Assembly (NCBI GenBank): GCA_002269645.1
Contig: NIVC01000695.1
Location: 62,001 to 126,000 of the forward strand
Source: Macrostomum lignano
Lineage: Eukaryota
Length of the DNA stretch: 64,000 nucleotides
Direction of reading: 5' to 3'
The notes beneath the pieces are model-generated. The model did no database searches. It worked only from the letters and a program-made list of their open reading frames with translations, and was not told the DNA's origin. The position numbers were made by a program, and so were the translations under genes. Below, in pieces: positions 34,444 through 47,600 of the stretch (positions within the stretch are counted from its first letter, which is position 1; every line of letters starts with the position of its first letter).

Positions 34444-37400
34444 TCAGTTGATGAGGCCCAGCAAAATCAACGGTGCCAATGCCGCAATGCAGCCAGCGTG
34501 CAAAGCTGACTTTTGGTGCTGTGAGCTGGCCACTTTGAAGTAATTCTCCTCATCGTCTTTGTCTTCTTCTGAAATGTGAATAGCATTTGCTTATGCTTTT
34601 AGCAACTATGAACTACGAGTATAAAATATACACTACTGACCGGTCAACAATCATCCCAACTCACCCTTCGTGTCCTGGCACGCAGAGCACTCAGCGATCC
34701 GCTGCTCACACTGAGGCCCAGTGAAGCCTGGCTGACATTGGCACTTCTGTCTGTGATAGTAGGCTGAAATGATGGTGGCGATGGGCTGCTGTCAGTCAGT
34801 CAGTCAGTCAGTCAGTCAGTCAGTCAGTCAGTCAGTCAGTCAGTCAGTCAGTCAGTCAGTCAGTCAGTCAGTCAGTCAGTCAGTCAGTCAGTCAGTCAGT
34901 CAGTCAGTCAGTCAGTCAGTCAGTCAGTCAGTCAGTCAGTCAGTCAGTCAGTCAGTCAGTCAGTCAGTCAGTCAGTCAGTCAGTCAGTCAGTCAGTCAGT
35001 CAGTCAGTCAGTCAGTCAGTCAGTCAGTCAGTCAGTCAGTCAGTCAGTCAGTCAGTCAGTCAGTCAGTCAGTCAGTCAGTCAGCTACTCACCCGTGTCGT
35101 CAGCCATGTCGCAGTCAGGGCAGCAGCTGCCCCTGCTGGCGCAGTCGCACACCACAATCTTGGGAGTCCACACCGTGACGGCTCCGACCTCGTCCACCGC
35201 CGCCAGCTGCAGTTTGATGTCGCCTCGCCAGTTGTCGACGGGCTGCCACACGAGCTGCCAGCTGTTGCTGGCCCCAGCCTCCAGCTTCGCGGTCCCCCCG
35301 ACGGCCTCCAGCACGGTGACATTCGGTGAGGCGCCGTCGGGATCCGTCACGGAGAAGGTGACACCGACACTGTTGTTCCCGTTCACTCGCAGCTGGCTCG
35401 GGACGCTCTCAAACTCAGCAGGTCGGTTAGCCAGGACAACCCGGGTTCGAGTCTCGTCTCGAATAGCGACGGCCGCGTCTTGAGCGGCTACGACCGAGCG
35501 AAGCTGAGCGGCGTCGAACATGCAGGTGAGGTAGGAGGAGCCGGAGCTGCGGCACACCTGCCAGGGAGAAGGCAGCGAGAGGATTAAACTCAGTGACTTG
35601 ATGCAGCAGAGAGGCAGATTCAAACTATGCGTACACCGCGTGGCAAACAATGGATAAATAATCAGCGGTCCTAGTGCGTGACAACGATTGTCTGGCGAGC
35701 GCCGGTAGGCGCGAGCCATAGACAAATCGTTGTCACGTGCTGCGACCGCTGATTCTTTGCATTGTTTTTCTGTTTGACGATCCTACAGACAATGCATTGC
35801 TTGTAGTAATGGATTGTTCTGCATTAAAAATGTGAATAGCGATCGTCAAATTGCTAAACAATGCAAAGACGACGCTATAGCTCGTACCAAACACAATCAA
35901 GCCAAGAGAAAACAGCCGGTCATCCGGTCAAAGAGGCGATTGGATTTGCACTTACGCTCGTAGTGTGCAAACTCGGCCTCCTGTAGGCATTCTAAGAGCC
36001 TCAGATTCAGAAAAAGACGTCGTGTTTTTTTACTCCAGTACTTCCTTCTTGTGTTTGTTCAGCCCGATATATGGACTGAGTTGGCTACTCACCTCTTCCG
36101 AAGCGTTCTTGAGCTTCGCGTTCCCGCCGAACAGCGCTAGCATGTTGTCCTTGAAGTCCTCGGCAAAGGTCGGCACGAAGCTGAGATTGCAGAAGTCAGC
36201 TCGGCCCTTGCCAGCCGGGTAGTGCAGGTAGCTCGGCTCTGAGCTGTTGAGTCTCCAGCTGTTCCCGAACTCAAACAGCTGCCTCTCGGAGCTGCCAGCT
36301 GGCAGGACGCTGCCGTTTCTCAGTTTGAATCCGCTCGCGTCGCTGTTGCCCAGCAACCCGTCCAGTCCGCTCGGGTATTTTCCTGACAAGTCCAGTTGAA
36401 CGCCGACTCTGAGCGAGCTCGTCTCCATGGTAACGGTGACGCTGACGCCGGTAGACTCGTCGACAATGTCGATGGTGCTGTTGTCGGGGACCTCCAGTCG
36501 GTAGCTGTCCAGTCTGGTCGCGTTGCTCAGCGCCGCCAGCTCGCCCCTGACGCTGCCGATCCGACGTCCGTCGCTGCTGAAGACGTCGAGGTCGTCGGAG
36601 CTTTCGTTGCGGATCACCGACACGGCCAGCTCGTTGAGGCCGGACTTCAGCGCGACGCCGACGAAGGCCGTGGCGGCTCCACCGCTGACTGGCGCGGTGC
36701 GCGCTTGCAGCCGCAGCGTCGGTGAGTTCGGCCACCGTTCGCTGGTGAGCAGGTGGTACTCGCAGTGACCGTTGAATGTGTAGCTGCGGTTCGAGAGCGT
36801 GCTCAGGTGGGGGTCGCCTCGGTTGAAGCCTGGAGATCGGAGGTTTAGAGACCAATTGCTTACCAATGGGTATTCAGTGAGCGGAAAAGTCACCGTATCT
36901 GAATTTTTGAGGTGCTCTACCTTTGAGTAAGATTGGTTTTATATAAAGGAGTCGGATCTCTAATCAAGCGTTCTGTTAGTTCAAATTATCGATTTGAGAG
37001 TTTGGTTAGGGATATCGATTGATATAAAGGTTCCTATCAAGCCTGGATAGAGAAAGCAAGAATCGGAATTTGAGAAATTGTTTTCTTTTTCTACCGTACA
37101 CTAAAGTCCTTTCATTGGCTCAGGCGGAGCACAGCTGCATCCCAAACAAATTAATCACCTCCTTCAGGCGGCTTGTAGCTTCGGCTGGTGCACACGGGCC
37201 GCGCCCGGGAGAATGCGGTCATCATGCCGGCCGCTGAGCAGATTTTCGGGCCATAGGATTCGCTCAGGTACTGCGGCGACTGCTCGAAGCGCCACCACCA
37301 TCGCGTTTCGTTGGCACTGTCGCGGAAGAAGTACATGGCGTGCCCGGCGCCGCCAGAGCTGGAGCTGATGAGGTGACCACCTGAGTAGGGAGCGTTTTTT

Positions 37401-39926
37401 TCATTTTTTAATCCTAGATCATGAAGGATATTAAAATCAGACTGGGAATCCCAATTTGGGTTTGGAACAACCGCAACTGACGCTTCTAAGCGTTCCCCTA
37501 GCGTTCGGACAGGTTGAAATTAAGCTCACCGGTAGCCCTATCGAACATAATCCTTCGCATGATGTTCCTGATGCTCCAAATGCCGTAGTTTTTATTGCAC
37601 AGCTCACGGATTTCGCTGCCAGCAGCTGCCGATGACATTCTGTAGCAGCACCTGGTCGACACCAGGTGACGGCAGTTCTCAAGCTTGCATCTCCAGGAAT
37701 TTTCCGGCTTACAACCGCTCGCACTGCTGCCTGTGAAGCTCTGAGCGCACTGGTAGGTGGTGTTGCGGAAGCACATCCGGATGCTGCCACCGGAGCACTC
37801 AAACTCGTACGGGCTGTACCGCCTGTCAAGGACTGCTGTGCGAAAATCAAAGGGACAGTCGGAACAGCCGGGGGACGGGCTGACAGAAACCTTCGCCCTG
37901 GCTGCTGCGATCCAGCTGCTGCACTTTGACGAGTCGCTGGTCTGTCGGTACCAGCTACTGAGCTGCAACACGTGACGTCCGGGTCTTCCCGAACTTCCTG
38001 GGCTCAGGTTGGGCTGCTCAGGCCAGTTGTAGCGCCGACTGAAAGGCAACTCTTGACCGACTGACAGACCGTCCGTGAAGCCGGCGGCCGCGTACAAATT
38101 TCCCATGTGGTACGGGATGTTGAGAAATCGTAGAACGGGCAGTTGAAAGTTGCCGTAGTTGAATACGGCGTAGGAGTGGGTGCGGTTGCGTGTTACGACG
38201 GCTTGGAATTCGATGCTCTGAAATGAGTCATTGTTAACGCCGCGTGCTCAACTGTCAGGGGTGGCTCTGTATGAGAATCTATGAGCTACGGAGGGGGTCG
38301 TCAACTTCAAAAGAGGCCGCCAGCTATTGAGGGGTGCCATATAGCTACATAGAAGAATCTCAAAATTAAGCTCAACTGAAGTGACGCTTACATCCGTAAA
38401 GCTAAGTGTAGCTATCTACTCATAAGTATTTGTATTTTAAAGTACAAAAAATACTTTTCGTTGCTCTAATACGCAATGCGTCGACGTATACCAAAGTTTT
38501 ATACCGAATAGCTGACCGTCTAGAGATTTCTGCAGTCACTGGTGCTTAAATAATATTAACTACAGGAGGCAAAAGTTGTGCAAAGTCATCTTTTCTAAGG
38601 TTTCGTTTAACCTTGTTGCACTCAGTTGCTTACTTAGATTTACCTTTGTGCAGCAAAAAAGATGAGCAAAACAACTCACAGCTTTTGCCCGAGCTCGGTC
38701 GCACCAGTCCTTGCACAGGTTGTTCCAGCCCTTGACGTCGCTCTGCTTGTAACTGCAGCCATAGTAGCAGTTGACCTCCATCATGTACATCAGTGTCGGG
38801 ATGCGAATACGCCAAGTTACGATGAGCACAGTCAGCGGGTTGAACTCGGATCGAATCTCCTGCTCGATGATCTGCTTGACGGCTCGCCAGTTCGCCCTGG
38901 CGCTGTGACTGTTGGAATTCAGCAGCTCGTACCAAGCCTGTGTGGTCCACCTGTCGCTGTCTCGGACGTCAACCATCTCCCGAACCCAGTACGGAGCCAC
39001 AACTGGAGAAGTCAGCTGGTAAAGCGATCGCGGACTCCTGAACTCGTAGCTGAATAGCGTCTTGTTTGAGAAGCTGATCAATCCGTTGCCTCCCACCTGC
39101 GATTGATATAGCACTGCTGTTTTTACATTGTTACTTTCAAGAGGGCTGTGGACACCCAGGCATCAGACGTCAAAGCAGCTCTGCCACTATGTACGAGCTA
39201 TTTTAGCGGCTTTCAATTGAAAAAAAATATGATTTACGTGGCTGCTGTCATTATAACAATAGCTTTCCAACGACACTCACCCCAAACACGGAGCTTTCCA
39301 CATCGCCAATCAGAAAGGGAACGCCCGACGGTGCGTTAACGATGTCGTCATAAGGAATCTTGGTGGCCGAAGACGTTGGCAAGAGTGTCTCCGCTGTGAA
39401 ATCGGGCAGTGAATTTTAGAATCTCTATCTGATCTGGGATAGTCTTCATCTAACAAGGCTACCTACGAACTATTAAACAAATGGATACTCACGATAGCAG
39501 ACGGATCGGTTTCCATAGTAACCGGACTTGCAAACGCAGTCATATGTACCGATTAGATTGGTGCAGTCGGCATTGGAGTCGCATTTTGCAGCGCCGCTGA
39601 GGCACTCGTTTACGTCTGAAAATTGAAACCAGGTGCAAGTTTTACTTTCTCTAAACAACTAAACATCTCGACTCATCTGAGGCTACAATCTCACGAACTG
39701 CGTGCATCGATGTTTATTCTGGGGAAAATATTTGGCCCAGGAACTATTCATCGACCTTGGAGCTTTGGTCTCCGCGTGCACCTGATAAACCACCAAACCC
39801 GCTCACCAGTGCAATCATCCCGGCCATTGCCTTGGAAACCGTCGATACAAGTGCATTTGTACGACCCCGGCGTGTTGGTGCAGTTTCCGTAGAGACCGCA
39901 CGGCTTTGAATCGCATTCGTTCACGT
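34444..39926 (-). CDS. MUC4/SUSD2/Mesh-like surface glycoprotein: EGF_CA x2, NIDO, AMOP, VWD, EGF, hydrophobic (GPI-like) C-terminus; 5' exon(s) not identified
   Basis: Phase-consistent GT-AG exons: 39926-39807, 39615-39493, 39393-39281, 39096-38680, 38217-37530, 37380-37159, 36829-36093, 35557-35092, 34763-34665, 34568-34444. Motifs DVNEC (x2), [51 protein letters not shown], and ending [12 protein letters not shown]. Confidence 0.9.
34791..35083. repeat. Perfect (TCAG)n microsatellite, about 73 units, filling intron 34764-35091
   Basis: Uninterrupted tetranucleotide run. Confidence 0.99.
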
Positions 39927-40780
39927 CTGCAATTGTGAAGCATCATATACGGGTGACGAAATAAAGGGAAAAAGGTAATCTATGGAGTGGTGCTAGCGCC
40001 CCTTGGATCTGGCGCCCTTTTGGCGCTAGAGCCCCTTTGCTAGGCAACCCACTGCCATGATGGCGCCCCTAATATAAAACTTATCCTTCGGCTACTTTTC
40101 TCGGAAAGCTCGGGTTTCCGTTCTGCTTCTTAACAACATTAGGAAGAGATTTTCACCTACCGGTCTTACAGTCGCTCCCAGTCCATCCGGGATCGCAAGC
40201 GCCAGAGATCCCAATCCAGGCAAGCAGAAGAAAACAAATCTTCTTCGAGTCGAGTTTCATATCAAAAGAATTTTTGCCAGAAGAAGCAAAATAAGCCTGC
40301 TAGTCTTTGCCCTGGCTTCCAATTTGGCCTTTTTATGATTGTCCCAGGGCTTGCCCTACCCCGAGTTTTCTATGTGAACCCCTGGGACGCTGCGTACATT
40401 TCCACTCTCTCCCCGCCCTCTTTCCTCTTGTTTTTGCCAAGCGAAATTCTAAATTTAGAAGTTGCCCCAAATTAATTTGGGTCGCCCGGGCAGGGTACGA
40501 GATTTTTTACAATGCAATGCAGCCGCCAGTGTTTACAGGCCGTGGAAAGTTCTGGAACAATGAGTAATACTTTTACAGCTTTTGTCATGACCTTTGCTTA
40601 AGCTCATGGTCTTTGGCTTGAGTCTGGGTGGCCAAGCTTTCTCACGTGGTTTCCATCATGTTTTGATCAGCTATTTTCAGTGAGACAGAGATAGTGCTTA
40701 GTGCATAGAATTAAAGCCCGGTGGAATACTTCTCTTCAATTCGAGGGCCGCAACCGTAGGGGGCGTCACTGTTTGGTCTG

Positions 40781-41944
40781 GTCTCTTGGTGGGCGCCCCT
40801 GTCTCTTGGTGGGCGCCCCTGTCTCTTGGTGGGCGCCCCTGTCTCTTGGTGGGCGCCCGTCTCTTGGTGGGCGCCCCTGTCTCTTGGTGGGCGACCCTGT
40901 CTCTTGGTGGGCGAACCTGTCTCTTGGTGGGCGACCCTGTCTCTTGGTGGGCGATCCTGTCTCTTGGTGGGTGGCCCTGTCTCTTGGTGGGCGCCCCTGT
41001 CTCTTGGTGGGCGCCCGTCTCTTGGTGGGCGCCCGTCTCTTGGTGGGCGCCCCTGTCTCTTGGTGGGTGCCCCTGTCTCTTGGTGGGTGCCCCTGTCTCT
41101 TGGTGGGCGCCCGTCTCTTGGTGGGCGCCCGTCTCTTGGTGGGCGCCCCCGTCTCTTGGTGGGCGCCCGTCGCTTGGTGGGCGCCCCTGTCTCTTGGTGG
41201 GCGCCCGTCTCTTGGTGGGCGCCCCCGTCTCTTGGTGGGCGCCCGTCTCTTGGTGGGCGCCCCTGTCTCTTGGTGGGTGCCCCTGTCTCTTGGTGGGTGC
41301 CCCTGTCTCTTGGTGGGCGCCCGTCTCTTGGTGGGCGCCCCTGTCTCTTGGTGGGCGCCCCTGTCTCTTGGTGGGCGCCCCTGTCTCTTGGTGGGCGCCC
41401 CTGTCTCTTGGTGAGCGCCCCTGTCTCTTAGTGGGCGCCCCTGTCTCTTGGCATGGGCGCCCCTGTCTCCTGGTGGGCGCCCCTGTCTCCTCCTGGTGGG
41501 CGCCCCTGTCTCTTGGTGGGCGCCCGTCTCTTGGTGGGCGCCCGTCTCTTGGTGGGCGCCCCTGTCTCTTGGTGGGCGCCCGTCTCTTGGTGGGCGCCCG
41601 TCTCTTGGTGGGCGCCCGTCTCTTGGTGGGCGCCCCTGTCTCTTGGTGGGTGCCCCTGTCTCTTGGTGTGCCCCTGTCTCTTGGTGGGCGCCCGTCTCTT
41701 GGTGGGCGCCCGTCTCTTGGTGGGCGCCCCCGTCTCTTGGTGGGCGCCCGTCTCTTGGTGGGCGCCCCTGTCTCTTGGTGGGCGCCCGTCTCTTGGTGGG
41801 CGCCCCTGTCTCTTGGTGGGCGACCCTGTCTCTTGGTGGGCGAACCTGTCTCTTGGTGGGCGACCCTGTCTCTTGGTGGGCGATCCTGTCTCTTGGTGGG
41901 TGGCCCTGTCTCTTGGTGGGCGCCCCCGTCTCTTGGTGGGCGCA
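40781..41944. repeat. 18-20-bp GC-rich minisatellite (GTCTCTTGGTGGGCGCCC[CT])
   Basis: About 60 units read directly; explains the many overlapping spurious ORFs. Confidence 0.98.
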
Positions 41945-42464
41945 CCCTTGTCTCCTAGGCCCAACAAAACATGTAACAAAATTGTCACGCGATGAACTGC
42001 CCTTGCAGTTCTTATAGCTATTGTTGACAAAATGCGAAGCCAGCATGGCACTAGCACAGTTCTTCTAAGACAGACAGTAATTAACTGGATCTTTTTACGA
42101 CTCGGAAACACTGCAGCGAAATGTTCATTCAAGGGTGTGACGTGGACGAGGTAAAGAAGCAGAAAAAATAAACCTAAGTGTATCGTGCCAGCTTTTAGTG
42201 TTGCGTTTTGCTCTGTGGCACAATTTCCATGTCAATAAAAGGGTGTGATTCATTGCCTATTTCATATTTCTATGTCCAAGTATGTGGTTAATTTTTTTGA
42301 GAGAAAAATTTAGTACATCTTTAAAGATTCTTTCTATAATTATTGACGCAAATATGTGGATGCTGAGTGTGTACCCACCCGAATATGCGAGGTAAGGGAT
42401 AGAGATTAGACTAGAGAAATGGCAGAATATTTACACAGATTGTAGAGAGTTAAGAGGGAAAAAT

Positions 42465-42960
42465 GAAAGAGATGAGATGGAGAGATGAGGGAGAGATGAC
42501 AGACATAAGAGGGAGACATGAGAGACAAGAGACACGAGGGCGAGATGAGAGGGTTGATAGGGATAGATGAGAGACATGAGAGACATGAGAGGGAGACATG
42601 AAAGACATGAGAGACATGAGAGGGAGACATGCGAGACATGAGAGACATGAGCGGGAGACATGAGAGACATGAGAGGGAGACATGAAAGACATGAGAGACA
42701 TGAGAGGGAGACATGCGAGACATGAGAGACATGAGCGGGAGACATGCGAGACATGAGAGGGAGACGTGAAAGACATGAGAGACATGAGCGGGAGACATGC
42801 GAGACATGAGAGGGAGACGTGAAAGACATGAGAGACATGAGCGGGAGACATGCGAGACATGAGAGGGAGACGTGAAAGACATGAGAGACATGAGCGGGAG
42901 ACATGCGAGACATGAGAGGGAGACGTGAAAGACATGAGAGACATGAAAAACATGCGAGAC
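42465..42960. repeat. GAGACATGA-based purine-rich compound minisatellite
   Basis: Repeating gagacatgag/agggagacat blocks. Confidence 0.95.
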
Positions 42961-43439
42961 AAAAGAGACACGAGAGGAAGAAATGTTAGGGTGTTAGGGA
43001 GACATGAAAGACATGAGATACACAGAGGGAGAGATGTCAGGGATCTGAAATAACAAACTCTGGTCAAGGCTGCACACTGCACAGGTAATTTTTTTTTAGG
43101 TTAAAACAGAAATGAAGCCGTTATCACAATTTTTGAATGTTAAATAAATATTATAATAATATATTTACTAATAGCAACGCAATTGTGCATTAAACAGCGG
43201 CCTTGTGAACTGAGTGGCTTGATAATACAGTAAAATGTCACTACAGAAATAGGTCATAGGCACAAGAAGTTCCTTTTATCCTATAGTTACCGTATTCTAA
43301 CAAAAAATATTTTTAACCCAGAATTTCTCTTTTAGTTTGGAAGACTCTTGTTAAGCCTGGTGTAGTGTAACACACTTTCTTAGGTAAAATCCTTACAGTT
43401 TCGAAGTCATGTTTTGCATGGAACGATCTGAGGTCATAG

Positions 43440-43900
43440 TAAATGTATCTGAGGTCATAACTCCCTGATTTGGGATCATAATAGATGATCTGAGGTCATG
43501 ACCCTCTGATCCGGGGTCAAAATAGGTGTATCTGAGGTCATGACCCTCTGATCCGGGGTCAAAATAAGTGTATTTGATGTCATGACCCTCTGATCCGGGG
43601 TCAAAATAAGTGTATCTGAGGTCATGGCCCTCTGATCCGGGGTCAAAATAAGTGTATCTGAGGTCATGACCCTCTGATCCGGGGTCATAATAAGTGTATC
43701 TGAGGTCACGACCCTCTGATCCGGGGTCAAAATAAGTGTATCTGAGGTCATGGCCCTCTGATCCGGGGTCAAAATAAGTGTATCTGAGGTCATGGCCCTC
43801 TGATCCGGGGTCAAAATAAGTGTATCTGAGGTCATGGCCCTCTCTGATCCGGGGTCAAAATAAGTGTATCTGAGGTCAAGGCCCTCTCTGATCCGGGGTC
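43440..43900. repeat. 42-bp minisatellite (TGTATCTGAGGTCATGRCCCTCTGATCCGGGGTCAAAATAAG), about 10 units
   Basis: Period 42, seen as a 14-aa repeat in the spurious ORF 43476-43937. Confidence 0.96.
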
Positions 43901-44618
43901 TAGAGTCACGGAGCAATACATAAGTGACCGACTTCATATTTTGTAAAGTTATTCAGTTTGTAAGTCAGAGAACTCTAGTCTAGTTTAATAATAATAAGGA
44001 ATGATGACACAGCAGAATAAAAAATAGAGATGCATTTCACACACTACTCATACTACTTATAGATTAAGAGATGCGACCGGCTTACAGGAATGAATATTAG
44101 GGCACGGTAAGAGTCAATCAAATGAAAGCTACTGGTAGGATATTAATAATAATAAAAGGTCACAGAAACCCTGAAAAATAGAAATCAGTCACACTGGATA
44201 GTTAAATGAAAATTTGTACTAGAAAAAATAACAGCAGCGACAATTCAGGTATGACCTATGCATGCGCGAACGTGACTACTGACAAACATAAATAGAGTTA
44301 TAAAAGGCATATAGCGCATGTACCAAAACTGTCAGTAAAAAATCAATTACTCTCTTTATACTGAAAAAATGTACTGACCTGCCTACTTATTAATTAGCCG
44401 GTCAGTAGTATGCGTGCACAGCTAATTCACGGCGCAAATCCCTAACTTACTAGCATAGCAGGGACTGAAGCATGGATTCGCAAATAATAATTAAATATAA
44501 AAATGCCAAAGCAAAGAGGTTTCTTCTGGTTGACAAAAGAAATAAATTATACAACTGATGAAGCTACCTGCGTGAAATATATTTATATAATAAATTTACA
44601 GAGCAGACAAGTTTGGCA

Positions 44619-47600
44619 TCACAGCGAGTCTAAATTTCCTTCGCTATCGGCCGCTGAGGTCGCGAGTTCGCCGCTACCTGGCATGGGCTCGCGCCAGAAT
44701 TTTACCGTGTGGTCGCTGAAATTGTAGGTAGATAATTATTTAGATACTATGTGCATCAGTACTACAACAAATTAAAAGTACAGGCGCACCTAAAAAATAC
44801 AGAAGTGCTGTATAAAAGTTCAGACACCACTTGGGAAGAATAAAAGTTCCTATTCATTTTAAAATTAAGAGCCATACTATATTAAAGTTCAGACGCACGT
44901 GAAAAGTACACATGTACCATTGAAAAGTCCTGTCAACTTAGAGTGCATGTGTACTATTAAAAAGTTCTAACAACTTTAAAAGTACACGTGTACTATAAAA
45001 ACTCCTAGAATATTTGAACAATACACATGTACCATTGAAAAGTCCTGTTAACTTGAAAAGTACACATGTACTATTAAAAAGTCATGGCAGCTTAAAAAAG
45101 TGCATATGTACTATAAAAAACTCCTGAAATACTTCAAAACAGCACGCATGTACTATTAAAAAGTTCTTGCACACTTAAAAAGTACACATGTACTAAAGTT
45201 CAAATTTAGTTAAAAAGTGCATTTACGTACTAAAGAAAGTTCTGATGCACTTGAAAAGTACAAAGCTACTAAATAACGTTCAGTAAAGTACTAATCTAAC
45301 TAATGTACTTTAAGATAGGGCACTCACTTGGAAGCCGTGTACACTCGGCCGCCGCACTGATGCACAGAGTTAATCGCTGCCCCATTATGCGCAGTTGGCA
45401 ACTCGCCAATGCAAGTCAGATCGCCCACCGCGTCCCAGACTTTGAGCACGCCACTCCGACAGGCCGAGTAGAGTCGCTGAGCGTCGTCAGACAGGGCCAG
45501 GCCCTGCACCCAGTCTTTGTGCGCACTGTTCACGCAGGCCACCTGGTGACAATTCGGGCCCAAGTGCCATTTTTTGAGACCGCCATCGCGGCTAGCTGAG
45601 TACAGAGCCGACCCGTTCAAGGCCAGGGCTTCGATGCCATCGTAGTGAGGCGGCTGCAGGTCCGCAGTGGGCGTCAGCAACCCCATGGCGCCGTCCGACA
45701 CCCAGAACACCTTCATGTAGTGATCCTTGGATCCCGTGACCACTTGGCAACCGCCTAGCAACGATATTGATGTGGAATGGAAATCATATTCATAGTCAGA
45801 ATCATAGTCAGAAAAGCTCTCTTCATGCTCTGCTATTTAACTACTCGAACCGCTTCTATACCTGCTCTTCTACCATCTCTCTACTCCAAACTCTGTCTAC
45901 TCTACCATCTCTCTCCCTAGTCTACCCTCTCTCTCCCTACTCTACTCTAAATTTTCTCTCCCTACTCTACCAACTCTCTCTACTCTACCATCTCTCTCTA
46001 CTCTACCATCTTTCTCCCTACTCTACCAACTCTCTCTACTCTACTATCTAGCTACCATCTACCATCTAGGGCCTACTCTACCATCTAGCTCCCTACTCTA
46101 CAATCTAGCTCCCTACTCTACAATATAGCTCCCTACTCTACAATATAGCTCCCTACTCTACCATCTAGCTCCCTACTCTACCATCTAGCTCCCTACTCTA
46201 CCATCTAGCTCCATTCTCAACCATCTAGCTCCCTACTCTACAATATAGCTCCCTACTCTACAATATAGCTCCCTACTCTACAATCTAGCTCCCTACTCTA
46301 CCATCTAGCTTCCTACTCTACCATCTAGCTCCCTACTCTACCATCTCTCTACTCTACTCTTTCTACCCTATCCTACTCGTACATGCACCCTCTCTATGTA
46401 TACAAGAAATCCTACTCACCGTTAGCCCTCTCGCAGGCCAGCACCATGACGGGTGCCTGGTGACTGCCGTGCAATTTGCCAACAGCTGCAAATCGTCTCA
46501 GATCCCAGACTTTGACAGAGTTAGCCGTGGCCAGGAACATTGCATTGCCACTGTCTGGCAAGGCCAGATCCATGATGTTGGTCTCGCCAGCTGGGCAGAC
46601 ATTCTGCCGCAGGCCCATGGACACTTCGGGCGGTTCCGCTTGGCTCAGGCCGGTGGACAGCAGGGTTCGAACGCAGGGACCCGGCACTCTCTCGTCCCAC
46701 ACTTTGATGTAGAAACTGCACACGGTGAGGGCCAGCCGCTGGGCGCTCCAGTAGCGGACCTGGGATCGATGGGTTTCGGGGTGAGATTTTGATTCCATAG
46801 TTTATCTCATGGGTGAGATTTTGATGATTACATAGTTTATCTCATGGGTGAGATTTTGATTTCATAGTTTATCTCATGGGTGAGATTTTGATGATTCCAT
46901 AGTTTATCTCATGGGTGAGATTTTGATGATTACATAGTTTATCTCATGGGTGAGATTTTGATTTCATAGTTTATCTCATGGGTGAGATTTTGATGATTCC
47001 ATAGTTTATCTCATGGGTGAGATTTTGATAATTCCATAGTTTATCTCATGGGTGAGATTTTGATAATTCCATAGTTTATCTCATGGGTGAGATTTTGATA
47101 ATTCCATAGTTTATCTCATGGGTGAGATTTTGATAATTTCATAGTTTATCTCATGGGTGAGATTTTGATGATTCCATAGTTTATCTCATGGGTGAGATTT
47201 TGATTATTCCATAGTTTATCTCATGGGTGAGATTTTGATGATTTCATAGTTATTTCATGGGTGAGATTTTGATGATTTCATAGTTATCTCATGGGTGAGA
47301 TTTTGATGCCACAATCGCAAACAAGCGACACCCTTACCTTGGAAACATTGTTGTGATGATCCTCCAACGAGCGGATCTCCGCCATAGCGCTGAGGTCCCA
47401 CAATTTCGCCGTCCGGTCCTTGGATCCGGTCAACATTCGGTCGCCTCGAACATCCAAATCCAGCACCGGTTTGGTGTGACCCTCAGCCGTGTGACTGCAC
47501 TCCAGTAGCTGCTTGGCGCCTCCGGGGGTACTCGATGGACACGGATTGATGCTGCCTCTGCGGGAACGACAAATGGGAGATGAGTCATATTGAGTCAATA

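Noticed and set aside
40698-43937. Long ORFs (150-426 aa) on both strands
   Set aside because: They are translations of minisatellites lacking stops in some frames, with no domain or splice support
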